Source: Alphaproteobacteria bacterium
GTDB taxonomy: Bacteria > Pseudomonadota > Alphaproteobacteria > RF32 > CAG-239
Direction: 5' to 3'
DNA length: 64,000 bases
Assembly: GCA_017935485.1 (NCBI GenBank)
Contig: JAGBHO010000047.1
Coordinates: 99,578 to 163,577 of the forward strand
Every line of letters starts with the position of its first letter. Position 1 is the stretch's first letter. A program made the position numbers and the translations under genes. Under the pieces are notes generated by a model, which saw nothing but the letters and a program-made list of their open reading frames with translations, was not told the origin of the DNA and ran no database searches. Below are positions 36,977-47,495 of the stretch, in pieces.

Positions 36977-39900
36977 TCAGTTTACTCTGTCCATTGCTTT
37001 GGCCAGAATGAAGTACAGTTTTCCGACGTCAGAACCGGAAAAAACAGAAAGCAGCAGACCGGAACGCTCATTGTTTTTGGCTTGGGCAATAAGCCCCTCA
37101 AAGTCGTTCAGGTAACGTGTGACCAGCGTACGGAAGTCGGCATCGCTTTCATAGGCGCCGCGAATGGCGCTGATTTGCTGCTTGCTCATGGTTTTGTTCA
37201 GGTAACGGGCAAATACGCCGGTATCGCCGTTATAGAACTTTTTCCACAAATCTTCTTCGATATTCGGATTGAACAAACGATTGATGTCGACAGCCATAGT
37301 CTGAAGTTTTTCAATCATAAAAGCTGCATCTTTCAGGAAAGTGTCAACCATGATTGTCTGGTATGTTTTCTTCATGCTGTCTAATTTGTTTTCGGCCTTT
37401 TCCGAAGTCTCCAGCAGCGTTTTCAGCTGTGTTTGGAACATTTCGCTGAATTGTTCCGACTTTTGAACAATATTGCCGGTTTTGTCATCAAAACTGTGGG
37501 CGGCAGAAGTCAGGCCTTCCATGGTCGACTGCATTTTTTTGACGGTCTCTTCCGATACGGCAACCAAAACATTAGACTGTTGCAGGAAGACCTCTCCGGA
37601 AGAACGAATCTCATTGGAAATCCGTTCGGCATTGGAGGCAACCTCGGAAATGGTCGCACGGATTTTGTCACTGGCATTTTCCATATGAATTGAACTCATT
37701 TTGGTGGTTTCACCAACCTGCAGACTCAGATCTTTAAGGCTCTTGCCTAATCCTTTAACCTTGTCAAAAGCCTCATTGGCACGTTTTGACAGTTCCAGCG
37801 ACGTATCGTTCAGCACCGTGTTAAAGCAATCAACCAATTTCTTGGTATCACCGGAGATATTCATCATCTTATTGCTTTGTTCCGCAATCAGGTTGTTGAT
37901 TTCGACAACGCCGGTGCTGGCCTCGGCCGTAACGGTATTAAAACCGGCAATGTATTTTTCATATTCTTTGGCCGAATTTCCGATTTGGGCAACGGATTTA
38001 TTTACACAAGCGTTCATGTCGTCACTGGTTTGGGTCAGAATCATATTGGCCTGTTCCAAACTCTTCAAAGACAGTTTGGTTGTTTTGGTTACGTCTTCTC
38101 CGGCAGAAATTATCTTGTCGCTCAGGACGTCAAATTCATAAGCGATTTTGGAGGTGTTTTCCGTAACATTGTCAATATTTTCTTTGAATTGCGCATTAAT
38201 GTCATTCATGCGTTTTGCAACCTCGACCGAAACGTCGGACAACATCTTATACTGTTGGGCAATAGAGCTTTCGCCCAGACGCGCCTGAGTTGATACGACA
38301 TTGGCAATATCGGTGAGGCTGTCTTTCTGGTGATCCAGCGAATTTTTAATCAGTTCGCTCTGAGAACGGACTTTGCCGATGTTTTCTTCCAGAGCTTTGC
38401 TGTGATTTTCCAAAGCAGCAGATGCATTTTTGGCGTTTTCTGCCAGAGAAATTTCGGCTTCTTTAATCTGAGAGCAGTTTTTCATAATGCTTTCGGTCGT
38501 GTTTCCGGCTTCTTTGGACATGTCTTTTACCACTGTCGTAAAGTCTTCGACATTGTTATGGAAAGACTGGGAAATTTCGGCAATCTGATTGCAGATTGCA
38601 GTCATATTATCCTGAATTTGCTGTTTTTGACTGCTGAACATCTTGTCAATTTCGATCAGTTTGTCAATTGACTTGTCAGAACTTTGCATAATGGAATCAA
38701 CCTGTTTGCCAAAGTTTTCTTCCAAAATTGCCATGCGGGAAAATACCCTGTCGGAACTTTGTTCAATAATTCCGACCTGCTTTTTGAGTGAGGTGCCGAT
38801 GTTATTGGTATTCTCAGAAATCTTGTCACAAACATCAAAAAAGGCATCTTCCTGATTTTTGAACAAAATATTGATTGCTTCGGCTTTTTCGTCAAGAACC
38901 TGAACCACTCCGGCAACATGATTGACCGTGCTTTCCGTAATGGATTTCAAAATTGTGTTTTGTTTGTCGAATGACGCAACAGCGTCGCCGACTGCTTCCA
39001 GTGAGGCGGCCGTGCTTTTATCAAGTGCGGCTATATGCTTGTCAAGGGTATCGGATATACCGTCAGCACGTTTTTCAAGGTTTTGGGATACTTTGTCCAG
39101 TCCGGTAACCTGTGTTTTGATAATGTCTTCAAACTGCGAGGCTTTGGACAAAGTCTGGGTTGTTGCCACATCAAGGGTTTCGCGCTGTTGTTGCAAGTTG
39201 TCGTTAAGCCCCTGCGTTTTGGAGATGACATTTTCACAAACACGGAGGGCTTCGGCCATTTGATCTTTAAGGCGGGCAACGGAAGCCGAAGCGTTTTCAT
39301 CAATGGTGCCTGCCGTTTTGAGCAGTTCGTCAACCTGACGTTTGAGCTCGGATTTGATTTCTTCCAGTTTTGTAACGGACGATGTAATATAACGCTGTTG
39401 TTGTGATAAAGAAGCCTCACTGACCCTGCTTTGTGTTTCAACGATTGAAGAGGCTTCCGTAATACCGGCCGCAAACTTTTGCATAACTTCGCCGGTTTCC
39501 GTCAGTTTTGCACAAGCCTGCTCGGCAGTCTGGCGCAGGTTGTTTGCTTTTTCGACCATAACGGCATCAACGCTTTTAACGGAAGTTTCGGCTTCTTCCG
39601 AAATCCGTCTGATGTTTTCTTTATGGAGTTCCAATCCGGCAAGCATTTCATTGGTTTTGGCCATTGAAGCGTCGACGGCATTCATAAAGCGGGTGTTCTT
39701 ATCATCCAGACTGCGAACCATGTCGTCAAGAGCCGCGACGGCATTGCTGCGCAAATCCTGCAACCGGCCGGCCTGCATATTCAGGCGGGTATCGACTTCT
39801 TCCAGGTCATTGGCAATTGTATCAGATACGTTATGTAATCCTTCAACCTGAGTATTGATTGTTTCGCCGATGGCATTGGTGCGGGCGATGATTTTGTCGA

Positions 39901-40975
39901 CTTCCTGATTAAGGGTTTCACCCTGAGCGCGGATTTTTTGTGAAAGCTGCTCTGTATTTTTATCAAGCTGCTGGCTGTATTGGGAGGCCATATCTCCCTG
40001 TCTTTTCAAGACTTCTTCCATGTGGCCGACACCCTTTTCTATCAATTGGCAAGTCCGTTCGGTTCCGGCGGCAGCCGACTGGGCCACGGCGTCAAGTTTG
40101 CTGGCCTGTGCCGAAACGGCATCGGTGATATAGCTGACGTTTTTGGCTGCACGGTCATTGAATTCGAGCATGAGCTCATTGGCTTTGGCCATACGGGTTC
40201 CTGCTTCATCGGAAATGTTTTTCAGCAACAGTCCGGAGTTTTGCAATTCCTGCAGACGCGGGGCAATGTTATTGAATAATTCACTGATATTATTCTGAAA
40301 CTGTTTTTGCACCGACAAAAATTCAGAAGCCTGCGTTTTGAGAGCATCGTTTGACGAGGCAGCTTTATCAGACACATAATCAAAACTTTTGACAAGATTT
40401 TTAACGTTTTCATTCAGTTCTATCAGGGTATTTGAGGAATAATTATCAAGAGCACCGACAAGTTTTGCAAAATCATCAACGCGGTTGCCGAGTTCGTTTT
40501 TGATAAATTCGGTTTGTTCCGTGGCGTGTCTGGTGACCTCGCGAAGTTCCTGCACCTGAACGCGGATGGCCTCGGCCATGGCCTGAGCGGTCTCAGCACC
40601 GGAAGCGTCCGACGGATAAACCAGATTGTTCATATATGTCCGAAGCAGGCGGGCTTCCTGTTTGAAATTTGTGCCGCGGTCAATATAAGCAATGACGACC
40701 CAGATAACAGCCAAGGGAAGCGTTACGCCGGCAAGAAAGCCGCCGAATTCGTCCGGCATCATCAAAAACAGATTGGACCAGCCGAAGAACTGGGTAATGT
40801 AAATCAGCACAATACCGAACCAGCCAAGGCTTACCCAGATCATCAGACGATGCAGGCCGCCGGTTGTCCAAGAGGCGTTTTCCTCTTCGGCAATGTTATT
40901 TTTTTGCGGCATGGTCATATAAGCAGGAAGACGGTTTTCATGTTCAGATTTATTCTCAACCGATTGATGTGCCAT
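36977..40975 (-). CDS. giant membrane-anchored coiled-coil protein (about 1330 aa)
   Basis: Two N-terminal TM helices (LMIWVSLGWFGIVLIYITQFF, FLAGVTLPLAVIWVVIAYI). More than 1100 residues of low-proline, heptad-like sequence rich in E, K, Q, S, N and A. A distinct C-terminal about 130-aa region (DLWKKFYNGDTGVFARYL...). Start placed at ATG 40975. Confidence 0.75.
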   Translation of the reverse strand: MAHQSVENKSEHENRLPAYMTMPQKNNIAEEENASWTTGGLHRLMIWVSLGWFGIVLIYITQFFGWSNLFLMMPDEFGGFLAGVTLPLAVIWVVIAYIDRGTNFKQEARLLRTYMNNLVYPSDASGAETAQAMAEAIRVQVQELREVTRHATEQTEFIKNELGNRVDDFAKLVGALDNYSSNTLIELNENVKNLVKSFDYVSDKAASSNDALKTQASEFLSVQKQFQNNISELFNNIAPRLQELQNSGLLLKNISDEAGTRMAKANELMLEFNDRAAKNVSYITDAVSAQASKLDAVAQSAAAGTERTCQLIEKGVGHMEEVLKRQGDMASQYSQQLDKNTEQLSQKIRAQGETLNQEVDKIIARTNAIGETINTQVEGLHNVSDTIANDLEEVDTRLNMQAGRLQDLRSNAVAALDDMVRSLDDKNTRFMNAVDASMAKTNEMLAGLELHKENIRRISEEAETSVKSVDAVMVEKANNLRQTAEQACAKLTETGEVMQKFAAGITEASSIVETQSRVSEASLSQQQRYITSSVTKLEEIKSELKRQVDELLKTAGTIDENASASVARLKDQMAEALRVCENVISKTQGLNDNLQQQRETLDVATTQTLSKASQFEDIIKTQVTGLDKVSQNLEKRADGISDTLDKHIAALDKSTAASLEAVGDAVASFDKQNTILKSITESTVNHVAGVVQVLDEKAEAINILFKNQEDAFFDVCDKISENTNNIGTSLKKQVGIIEQSSDRVFSRMAILEENFGKQVDSIMQSSDKSIDKLIEIDKMFSSQKQQIQDNMTAICNQIAEISQSFHNNVEDFTTVVKDMSKEAGNTTESIMKNCSQIKEAEISLAENAKNASAALENHSKALEENIGKVRSQSELIKNSLDHQKDSLTDIANVVSTQARLGESSIAQQYKMLSDVSVEVAKRMNDINAQFKENIDNVTENTSKIAYEFDVLSDKIISAGEDVTKTTKLSLKSLEQANMILTQTSDDMNACVNKSVAQIGNSAKEYEKYIAGFNTVTAEASTGVVEINNLIAEQSNKMMNISGDTKKLVDCFNTVLNDTSLELSKRANEAFDKVKGLGKSLKDLSLQVGETTKMSSIHMENASDKIRATISEVASNAERISNEIRSSGEVFLQQSNVLVAVSEETVKKMQSTMEGLTSAAHSFDDKTGNIVQKSEQFSEMFQTQLKTLLETSEKAENKLDSMKKTYQTIMVDTFLKDAAFMIEKLQTMAVDINRLFNPNIEEDLWKKFYNGDTGVFARYLNKTMSKQQISAIRGAYESDADFRTLVTRYLNDFEGLIAQAKNNERSGLLLSVFSGSDVGKLYFILAKAMDRVN

Positions 40976-41071
40976 ATTTAATTTCCCCAAATTAAAAAAA
41001 ATATTTTCCCTTGGGGGCGAGTTTAGCTTATTTTTTTGTTTTTTTAAATATTATTTTGTTTCTTTCCACCG

Positions 41072-41251
41072 TTATTCCTCGGCTTTTTTTCTGAGGACAT
41101 AGTTTAGTCTTTTTGCGGCCTGAAGTTTCATTTCATCGACAGACAGACCGGCCGGAACAACGACGCTGATTTCGGTTTGGGTTTCCGGTTCTATGGCGCT
41201 GACTTTGACAACATTGCCGTTTTTTTTGAATTCAAACAAAATTTCCGCCAT
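41072..41251 (-). CDS. small conserved-looking protein (59 aa), not in the ORF track
   Basis: Hand translation gives MAEILFEFKKNGNVVKVSAIEPETQTEISVVVPAGLSVDEMKLQAAKRLNYVLRKKAEE*. AGGA lies 7 nt upstream of the ATG. It resembles a remembered short alphaproteobacterial protein family (IEFxRxGxxVKVSAIDPxTxxEVSIxGP...). It falls one codon below the 60-aa track cutoff. Confidence 0.5.
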   Translation of the reverse strand: MAEILFEFKKNGNVVKVSAIEPETQTEISVVVPAGLSVDEMKLQAAKRLNYVLRKKAEE

Positions 41252-41288
41252 ATTGTTATCCTTTCTGAAAAAGAAAGACCAAGGGAAC

Positions 41289-43514
41289 TCAGTCTTTCAA
41301 GAATTTATTGCTTTTTGGAAAACCGAACGGCGCCAGTTTTCCGACTTGTCCGCGATGCCCGAGCCATGACAAAAGTTCAGTTTCGGTTTTGGTGCCGCCG
41401 GCGCGGTTATATACAAAACCGTCAGCTTCATTAAAAATTTGAATGTCCGACAATCCGCCGTCTTTGTACTTTTGCAGCGTAACGCCGCGGCCGCGCGCCA
41501 TGGTCGGAATTTCTTCAACCTTAAAGACCAGCAGCTTGCGGTTGTCACCGATAACGGCGGCCATATCGCCGGTGATTTTTTTGCAAAAGACCGTTGTTTC
41601 GTTATCGCCGAGGTTCATAATTTTGCGGCCGTTGCGGGTTTGGGCGATGATATGATTTTCATCAACCAAAAAGCCTTTGCCGGTATTGGAGGCAATCAGG
41701 TATTGCGCTTTGGGCTCAAAAACAAACATATCACATATATTATCATTATTGCCCAAGTCAACCATCAGGCGTAACGGCTGGCCGAAGCCGCGGCCGCTCG
41801 GGATCTCGCTGCCGGAAATATTAAAAAACTTGCCGGAGGTATCAAACAGGATGATTTTGTCCGTTGTCTGGGCGTGAATGGCTTTAAGAAGAGCATCATC
41901 ATCTTTGAATTTGAATTCTTCGTTCAAATCCGAATGCCCTTTGATGCATCTGATCCAGCCCTTTTGTGATAGGATAACGGTAATCGGTTCTTTTTCGACA
42001 AAGGCTTCGACCGGAACCTCAATATCGTCGGGAACTTCGGCAAATTCAGTGCGGCGGCGGCCGAGAACCGTTTTTTTGCCGAATTTTTCCTTGGTTGCCT
42101 TAATCTCCGTTGCAACGGCTTCCCACATTTTGGCCTCGCTGGACAACAGGCTTTCCAGTTCTCCTTTTTCGGCGGCAAGCGTCTCATATTCGTTTTTAAT
42201 CTCGGCTTCTTCCAGTTTGCGCAGGTTACGCAGTTTCATATTCAAAATGGCTTCGGCCTGATTTTCCGTCAGTTTAAATTCGGCAATCATTTTTGCTTTG
42301 GGGTCATCTTCTTCCCTGATAATACGGATGATTTCATCCAGATTGAGATAAGCAATCAGATAGCCGGACAGAATTTCCATACGGGCATTGATTTTATCGA
42401 GCCGGAAATTGGAGCGGCGTTTTAAGACAATCAGACGATGGTTTAAAAATTCGCGCAGAACTTCCTGAATGCTCATTACCCGCGGAACGCCGTCGGAATC
42501 CAAAACGTTCATATTCATGCTGAACCGGATTTCCAAATCCGTATTTTTAAACAGGTGCTCCATCAGAAGTTTGGCATCAACAGTGCGGTTTTTGGGCTCC
42601 AACACGATACGGACGTCATGGGTCGACTCATCGCGGATGTCGTTCAACAGCGGAAGTTTTTTCTCCTGAAGCAGAGAGGCAATTTTTTCAATCAGTTTGG
42701 ATTTTTGAACCTGATAAGGAATTTCCTTAATGATTATCTGATATTGGCCGTGACTCAAGTCTTCGGTTTCCCAACGGGCACGAATACGAAAATAACCGCG
42801 GCCGGTTTTATAGGTTTCCAAAATGCTTGTAAAGTTGTCTACAATAATACCGCCGGTCGGGAAATCGGGGCCTTTCAGGCGTTTGACCAAAGGTTCGATT
42901 TCGCAATCCGGATTTTCAATCTGATAAAGGAGCGCGTCGCAAACCTCACTCAGATTGTGCGGCGGAATATTGGTGGCCATACCAACGGCAATACCGGAAG
43001 TTCCGTTGCACAACAGATTGGGAACGGCGGCCGGCATAACGACGGGTTCGTCTTCCTCTCCGTCGTAAGTTTCTCTGAAATCAACAGAGTTTTCGTTCAG
43101 CCCTTCCATCAAAGCCATGGCAAATTCGGTCAGGCGGGCTTCGGTATAACGCATGGCGGCCGGACCGTCTCCGTCAATATTGCCGAAGTTGCCCTGCCCG
43201 TCAACCAACGGATAGCGTACCGAAAAATCCTGTGCCAGACGTGCCATTGCCTGATAAACCGCGGAATCTCCGTGCGGATGGTATTTACCGATAACGTCGC
43301 CGACAACGCGGGCGCATTTTTTGAAGCTTGACTTAGGGTCAAGATGCAGCTGGCGCATGGCAAAAAGCAAACGGCGGTGAACGGGCTTCAGACCGTCACG
43401 GACGTCCGGCAAAGAACGGGAAACGATTGTCGACATGGCGTAAGACAAATAGCGGCTGCTCAGTTCTTCGGCCAAGGCCACACTGCGGATTTTTTCTTCA
43501 ACAATTTCAGGCAT
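41289..43514 (-). CDS. parC: DNA topoisomerase IV subunit A
   Basis: Type IIA topoisomerase A-subunit N-terminus ([29 protein letters not shown], catalytic AAMRYTE). The 741-aa length fits ParC rather than GyrA. Confidence 0.88.
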   Translation of the reverse strand: MPEIVEEKIRSVALAEELSSRYLSYAMSTIVSRSLPDVRDGLKPVHRRLLFAMRQLHLDPKSSFKKCARVVGDVIGKYHPHGDSAVYQAMARLAQDFSVRYPLVDGQGNFGNIDGDGPAAMRYTEARLTEFAMALMEGLNENSVDFRETYDGEEDEPVVMPAAVPNLLCNGTSGIAVGMATNIPPHNLSEVCDALLYQIENPDCEIEPLVKRLKGPDFPTGGIIVDNFTSILETYKTGRGYFRIRARWETEDLSHGQYQIIIKEIPYQVQKSKLIEKIASLLQEKKLPLLNDIRDESTHDVRIVLEPKNRTVDAKLLMEHLFKNTDLEIRFSMNMNVLDSDGVPRVMSIQEVLREFLNHRLIVLKRRSNFRLDKINARMEILSGYLIAYLNLDEIIRIIREEDDPKAKMIAEFKLTENQAEAILNMKLRNLRKLEEAEIKNEYETLAAEKGELESLLSSEAKMWEAVATEIKATKEKFGKKTVLGRRRTEFAEVPDDIEVPVEAFVEKEPITVILSQKGWIRCIKGHSDLNEEFKFKDDDALLKAIHAQTTDKIILFDTSGKFFNISGSEIPSGRGFGQPLRLMVDLGNNDNICDMFVFEPKAQYLIASNTGKGFLVDENHIIAQTRNGRKIMNLGDNETTVFCKKITGDMAAVIGDNRKLLVFKVEEIPTMARGRGVTLQKYKDGGLSDIQIFNEADGFVYNRAGGTKTETELLSWLGHRGQVGKLAPFGFPKSNKFLKD

Positions 43515-43534
43515 TTTTACTCTGTTTTATTCTT

Positions 43535-44251
43535 TTAAAGTTCCAACTGGTTAAGCAAACTAGCACGATTTTGCGGGAATTTCAAGCCGTGAGTTTGAAA
43601 AAAGTTTTTTGTGAGGAAAAACTCGGTCATCTTCAGCAAATCCGCCACTTCCGAAGAGGTCGGCTGGTAGTTGCCGGTGACGATAAAATGCGGGTAGGAA
43701 AAAAGCTTTTCTTTATAAACACAGCCTGCTTCTTCGCAAACGGCACGTCCGCTTTTGGGTGAAACATAAGCCAGATTTTCCGTTGTGCCGGTGGCGGCGC
43801 ATTCGCTCAGATCCAATCCGATGCCCAGATTATCCAACAGAAAAAATTCAAAGAAACAATAATGTGCTATCCAGTTATCTTCATTTATCAGATTAAAAAA
43901 ACTTTCTATGTAGTAGAAAAATCTGTCTAAAGGCGATAATTCAGGCATGGCAGCGTTGCATAATTCGCATAGCGAGGACAAGGCGGCAAGTTTGCCGGCA
44001 TGGCTGATGAAGTTGACGGCGCAAGGCTCAAGCAGTTCGGCTTTTATGCTCAGCATATTCTCGTCCACGCGCGAATAAGCATTTATTTGCAGGCGGTTTC
44101 CAAGCTGATAAATTCCCAGATTGCGTTTGTGAAGACAGTTTTTGACATAACCGGTGACTTTGCCGTGTTCTCGCGTTAACACGGTGAGAATTAACGAACT
44201 CTCACCGTGTTTGCGCATATTGATAATATAACCGTCGTCACAAAACTGCAT
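43535..44251 (-). CDS. recO: DNA repair protein RecO
   Basis: 238 aa with an OB-fold N-terminus (DGYIINMRKHGESSLILTVLTREHGKVTGYV). Size and context are typical of RecO. Confidence 0.75.
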   Translation of the reverse strand: MQFCDDGYIINMRKHGESSLILTVLTREHGKVTGYVKNCLHKRNLGIYQLGNRLQINAYSRVDENMLSIKAELLEPCAVNFISHAGKLAALSSLCELCNAAMPELSPLDRFFYYIESFFNLINEDNWIAHYCFFEFFLLDNLGIGLDLSECAATGTTENLAYVSPKSGRAVCEEAGCVYKEKLFSYPHFIVTGNYQPTSSEVADLLKMTEFFLTKNFFQTHGLKFPQNRASLLNQLEL

Positions 44252-44310
44252 ATTTTCTCTTTTATCAGCAAAAGATTCTTTTGCTTCACTCCGTTTTACT
44301 CGGAATGATG

Positions 44311-45147
44311 TTATCTGAGCGCTTTAGTGATTTTATCATAGGCCATAAGTTCGGTCAGAACCTTTTTCATATCATGCAGAGGAATCATATTCGGCCCATC
44401 GCTCAAAGCTTTATCCGGATTGTCGTGCGTTTCAATAAACACTGCGGCAACGCCGACGGCAACGGCGGCTCTGGCCAAAACCGGCGCATATTCCCGCTGT
44501 CCGCCCGAAGTTCCGCCCTGCCCGCTCGGCTGCTGAACGGAATGGGTGGCGTCAAAAATAACCGGACAACCCGTATCCTGCGCCATTTTCGGCAAACCGC
44601 GGAAATCAGTAACTAATGTGTTGTAACCGAAAGATGCGCCGCGCTCGGTCAGGCAGACATTATGGTTGCCGGAATCTTCGGCTTTTTTTACAATGTGTTT
44701 CATATCCCAAGGGGCACAGAACTGACCTTTTTTGATGTTTACGACTTTTCCGGTTTTGGCAGCGGCCACGACCAGATCGGTCTGTCGGCACAGAAAAGCC
44801 GGAATTTGCAGCATATCAACATGCGGGGCAATGATGGCGCATTGTTCTTGTTCATGCACATCCGTTACAATCGGAATGTTGTTATAAAGTTTTTTTATCT
44901 CGTCAAAAGTTTTGATACCTTCTTCCAGTCCCACGCCGCGGGCACCGTTGATAGACGTGCGGTTGGCTTTGTCAAAAGAGGCTTTGAAAACATAATTCAT
45001 TCCCAGTTCTTTAGTGATTTCAACCATTGCACCGGCCATGTCTATGGCATGCTGACGGCTTTCAATCTGACAGGGGCCGGCCAGCAGAGCCAGCGGCAGC
45101 GTATTGCTGATTTCAAAGTTTCCGATTTTTACTTTTCTTTGTTCCAT
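44311..45147 (-). CDS. kdsA: 3-deoxy-8-phosphooctulonate synthase
   Basis: LLAGPCQIES, FKASFDKANRTS, PAFLCRQTDL, DATHSVQ. Confidence 0.9.
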   Translation of the reverse strand: MEQRKVKIGNFEISNTLPLALLAGPCQIESRQHAIDMAGAMVEITKELGMNYVFKASFDKANRTSINGARGVGLEEGIKTFDEIKKLYNNIPIVTDVHEQEQCAIIAPHVDMLQIPAFLCRQTDLVVAAAKTGKVVNIKKGQFCAPWDMKHIVKKAEDSGNHNVCLTERGASFGYNTLVTDFRGLPKMAQDTGCPVIFDATHSVQQPSGQGGTSGGQREYAPVLARAAVAVGVAAVFIETHDNPDKALSDGPNMIPLHDMKKVLTELMAYDKITKALR

Positions 45148-45235
45148 AATTTTTTCCTTTTGCTATTCAGAATGATTTATTTTTAGCAAATTTATGTGCC
45201 GTTTTCAACCGTAATCCTGCTAGCTGTGGAGGAAA

Positions 45236-45272
45236 AGCAAAAAAAACACCGCCTCGTGCGAGGCAGTGTTTT
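45236..45272 (-). terminator. rho-independent terminator of the 45280..46113 gene
   Basis: 12-bp stem AACACCGCCTCG / CGAGGCAGTGTT with one mismatch. T-run on the minus strand. Confidence 0.7.
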
Positions 45273-45279
45273 TGCTTTC

Positions 45280-46113
45280 TTATACCAAAACAGCTTGGTG
45301 TTCTGACAATATCTTTTTCATGTCTTTTTTGAGAAAGAATGAATGGAAGATTTTACGAAACAGAGAAGGATCCGTAACATGGCCCGGGACAACATATTCG
45401 TCATAACCGACAGCTTCCGTATCCGCATTCAGATAAGACGGACGGATATATAAAATATCCTGTTTGCAAATGTTTGTTGGCGGATATTTGAAATAACAGT
45501 ACCGAATTCCCAATTTTTTAAGAAATTTTTCTACAACCTTTTTGTTTTCGGATGTCCGGCAATAAAGTTCCGGAAAGATTGACATTTCCCGGCCGAGAAT
45601 TTTATACCAATAAGCGGCATGCAGCAATGTTGTCAGGTCTGCCGCATCAACAAAAAGATTCAGGTACGAGACAACGCCTATTTTTTTGCAGGTATCGTGC
45701 GTATTTGTCAATTCCTGTCTGTGCAGATTAAGACAGTCAATGATACTGCCGCAAAACGGGGTTTCAGAAAAATTCCAATAATCAAAGTTATCTTTACCGA
45801 TAATTTCTTCAACGCCTTGCAGCATTTTTTCCGTGCCGATATACAGGCATTTTTTGCCATAATCTTCATAGCTTAATTTAACAAGCATTTTGAAAAAACC
45901 GTTGTCGGGATTTTCCTGAATTTCATGGACTTCCGGGCGGGTTCCCCAGCTTTTTTCAATTGCAGAAGCAATACCGCCGGCCAAAAGCCTCATATCCGGA
46001 GATTTACCGTGAAGAATAAGTTTATAATTGCTGCCGGAATATGCATACAGCCATTTTAAATCTTGTTCTCTTTGATTTTCATCTATCAAATTTAAGAAAT
46101 TTTCTCTCTCCAT
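45280..46113 (-). CDS. hypothetical protein
   Basis: 277-aa ORF with its own terminator. No motif recognised. Confidence 0.55.
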   Translation of the reverse strand: MERENFLNLIDENQREQDLKWLYAYSGSNYKLILHGKSPDMRLLAGGIASAIEKSWGTRPEVHEIQENPDNGFFKMLVKLSYEDYGKKCLYIGTEKMLQGVEEIIGKDNFDYWNFSETPFCGSIIDCLNLHRQELTNTHDTCKKIGVVSYLNLFVDAADLTTLLHAAYWYKILGREMSIFPELYCRTSENKKVVEKFLKKLGIRYCYFKYPPTNICKQDILYIRPSYLNADTEAVGYDEYVVPGHVTDPSLFRKIFHSFFLKKDMKKILSEHQAVLV

Positions 46114-46210
46114 AATATAAAAATTTGATTAATAATATTAATTGCGGGTGTCATATTAGCATTATTCCTGTCATATGGCAACAAAAAAATACTTCAAACG
46201 GAATCATTGT

Positions 46211-46788
46211 TTAATAGTCGTTGTTCAGTTCCCAACGCAGCCAGGTAAACAAGACATTTCCGTCATTTTTGACTCCGGGGACATATGCGGCCTGAATATT
46301 GAAATTTTTGTAGCCGATACCGGCCAGCGGCAATGGCAAAGGCAGCGGAATGTAAGCATATTCGGAACGCTGGGTCAGGCTGAGCGTATAGCCGATGCCG
46401 ACACGCCATTTTTGATAGCAGTCAAGCGGCCAGTTGTGCTGATAAGCATATCCGAATATCGTTTGCAAATGTTTGTTGGAATCTTTGAAGCCCATGGCAT
46501 AAAGGGCATGCCAGTCGCCGTCGGAATCGTAAAAGGATTTGCCCAGCCCTGCTCCCCACGGTTCTTCATTGTAGTCGTCAATTTTTCTTTATCATATAAC
46601 AACCGGTTGTGCCAGGTGTTTATCGGGAGGTAGAGATCATAATTTTCCGCGTTCCAAGCCGCCGCCATATTATTCTGCAGCTTTTGCCCCCAGTTTTCAG
46701 AAAGTTTAAAGCTGTTTTCTTCTGCAGTTGCCGGTACGGCTGACAAGCACAAGATTCCTACTATTATACAAAGGCAATAACGAAACAT
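46211..46788 (-). pseudogene. pagP: lipid A palmitoyltransferase PagP, interrupted by a 1-nt frameshift in a homopolymer
   Basis: Two overlapping minus-strand ORFs together match E. coli PagP as remembered. The N-terminal part is AAAWNAENYDLYLPINTWHNRLLYDKEK. After shifting frame at the T5 run 46582-46586 it continues (I)DDYNEEPWGAGLGKSFYDSDGDWHALYAMGFKDS...IPLPLPLPLAGIGY...GNVLFTWLRWE. Confidence 0.75.
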
Positions 46789-46912
46789 GTTTTATTAATC
46801 CGGCATAATTTATTGAATGTCCGCTTGTAACAAAAATTAAAAAAAGATTCAATCTCGTAAAGGAGCGTTGTTTATAACTAAAGCCCCGATTTCGTTTCGG
46901 AGCTTCAGCTTC

Positions 46913-47473
46913 TTACATCAGGGTATCGATGCCGTTTCCTAACGGAAAATAGTAGAAGTACAGGCTGGCGAGAGCAAGTGCCGCAACCGGAACAAAAACT
47001 TTTTCAAACGGAAAATGAGCGTGTCCGCCGTTTTTACGCTTCATCCACTGATAAAAATCAGAAGACCAGATCAAAACCAGCATTCCGACCAATACGCTGA
47101 ACAGGAACGGATCAATATAGAAAATCAGAATCGGTTTCGGCGTATAGTCAAGCTCGCTCACGTATACAAAGCCGACCATGGCAACAGAAACGGCAATCAG
47201 CCAAAAATCGCGGCCTTTAAAGTTCCAGCCTTTTTTATCAAACCATTTGATCAGCCAAAAACCGAGCAAGGTCAAAAATGCACCGGCCCAGACGCCGATA
47301 ACGCTGTCATCAACGCCCAGTTTGCGGGCAATTTCCAAAGACGCGCCGATAGCAATCGTACAAACGGCACAGGCCGGATTGGCCAGAGCTTTGCCGCTAT
47401 AGGCCAATGCGGCAATAAATGCTAAAATCAGACTCATGTTTTTTCCTTTCCCTGAAACCAAAATTTTCTTCAT
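46913..47473 (-). CDS. polytopic membrane protein, function unknown
   Basis: 186-aa ORF with about 5 hydrophobic helices and a CAVC motif in the first helix. Confidence 0.5.
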   Translation of the reverse strand: MKKILVSGKGKNMSLILAFIAALAYSGKALANPACAVCTIAIGASLEIARKLGVDDSVIGVWAGAFLTLLGFWLIKWFDKKGWNFKGRDFWLIAVSVAMVGFVYVSELDYTPKPILIFYIDPFLFSVLVGMLVLIWSSDFYQWMKRKNGGHAHFPFEKVFVPVAALALASLYFYYFPLGNGIDTLM

Positions 47474-47495
47474 TTTAGATTATCAAAAAGAGAAA

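Noticed and set aside
36977-40975. Calling the giant coiled-coil protein a methyl-accepting chemotaxis protein or a TipN/GPR orthologue
   Set aside because: No MCP signalling hairpin motif was recognised. Similarity to TipN/GPR is architectural only, so the analogy is kept in the findings and not used as an annotation.
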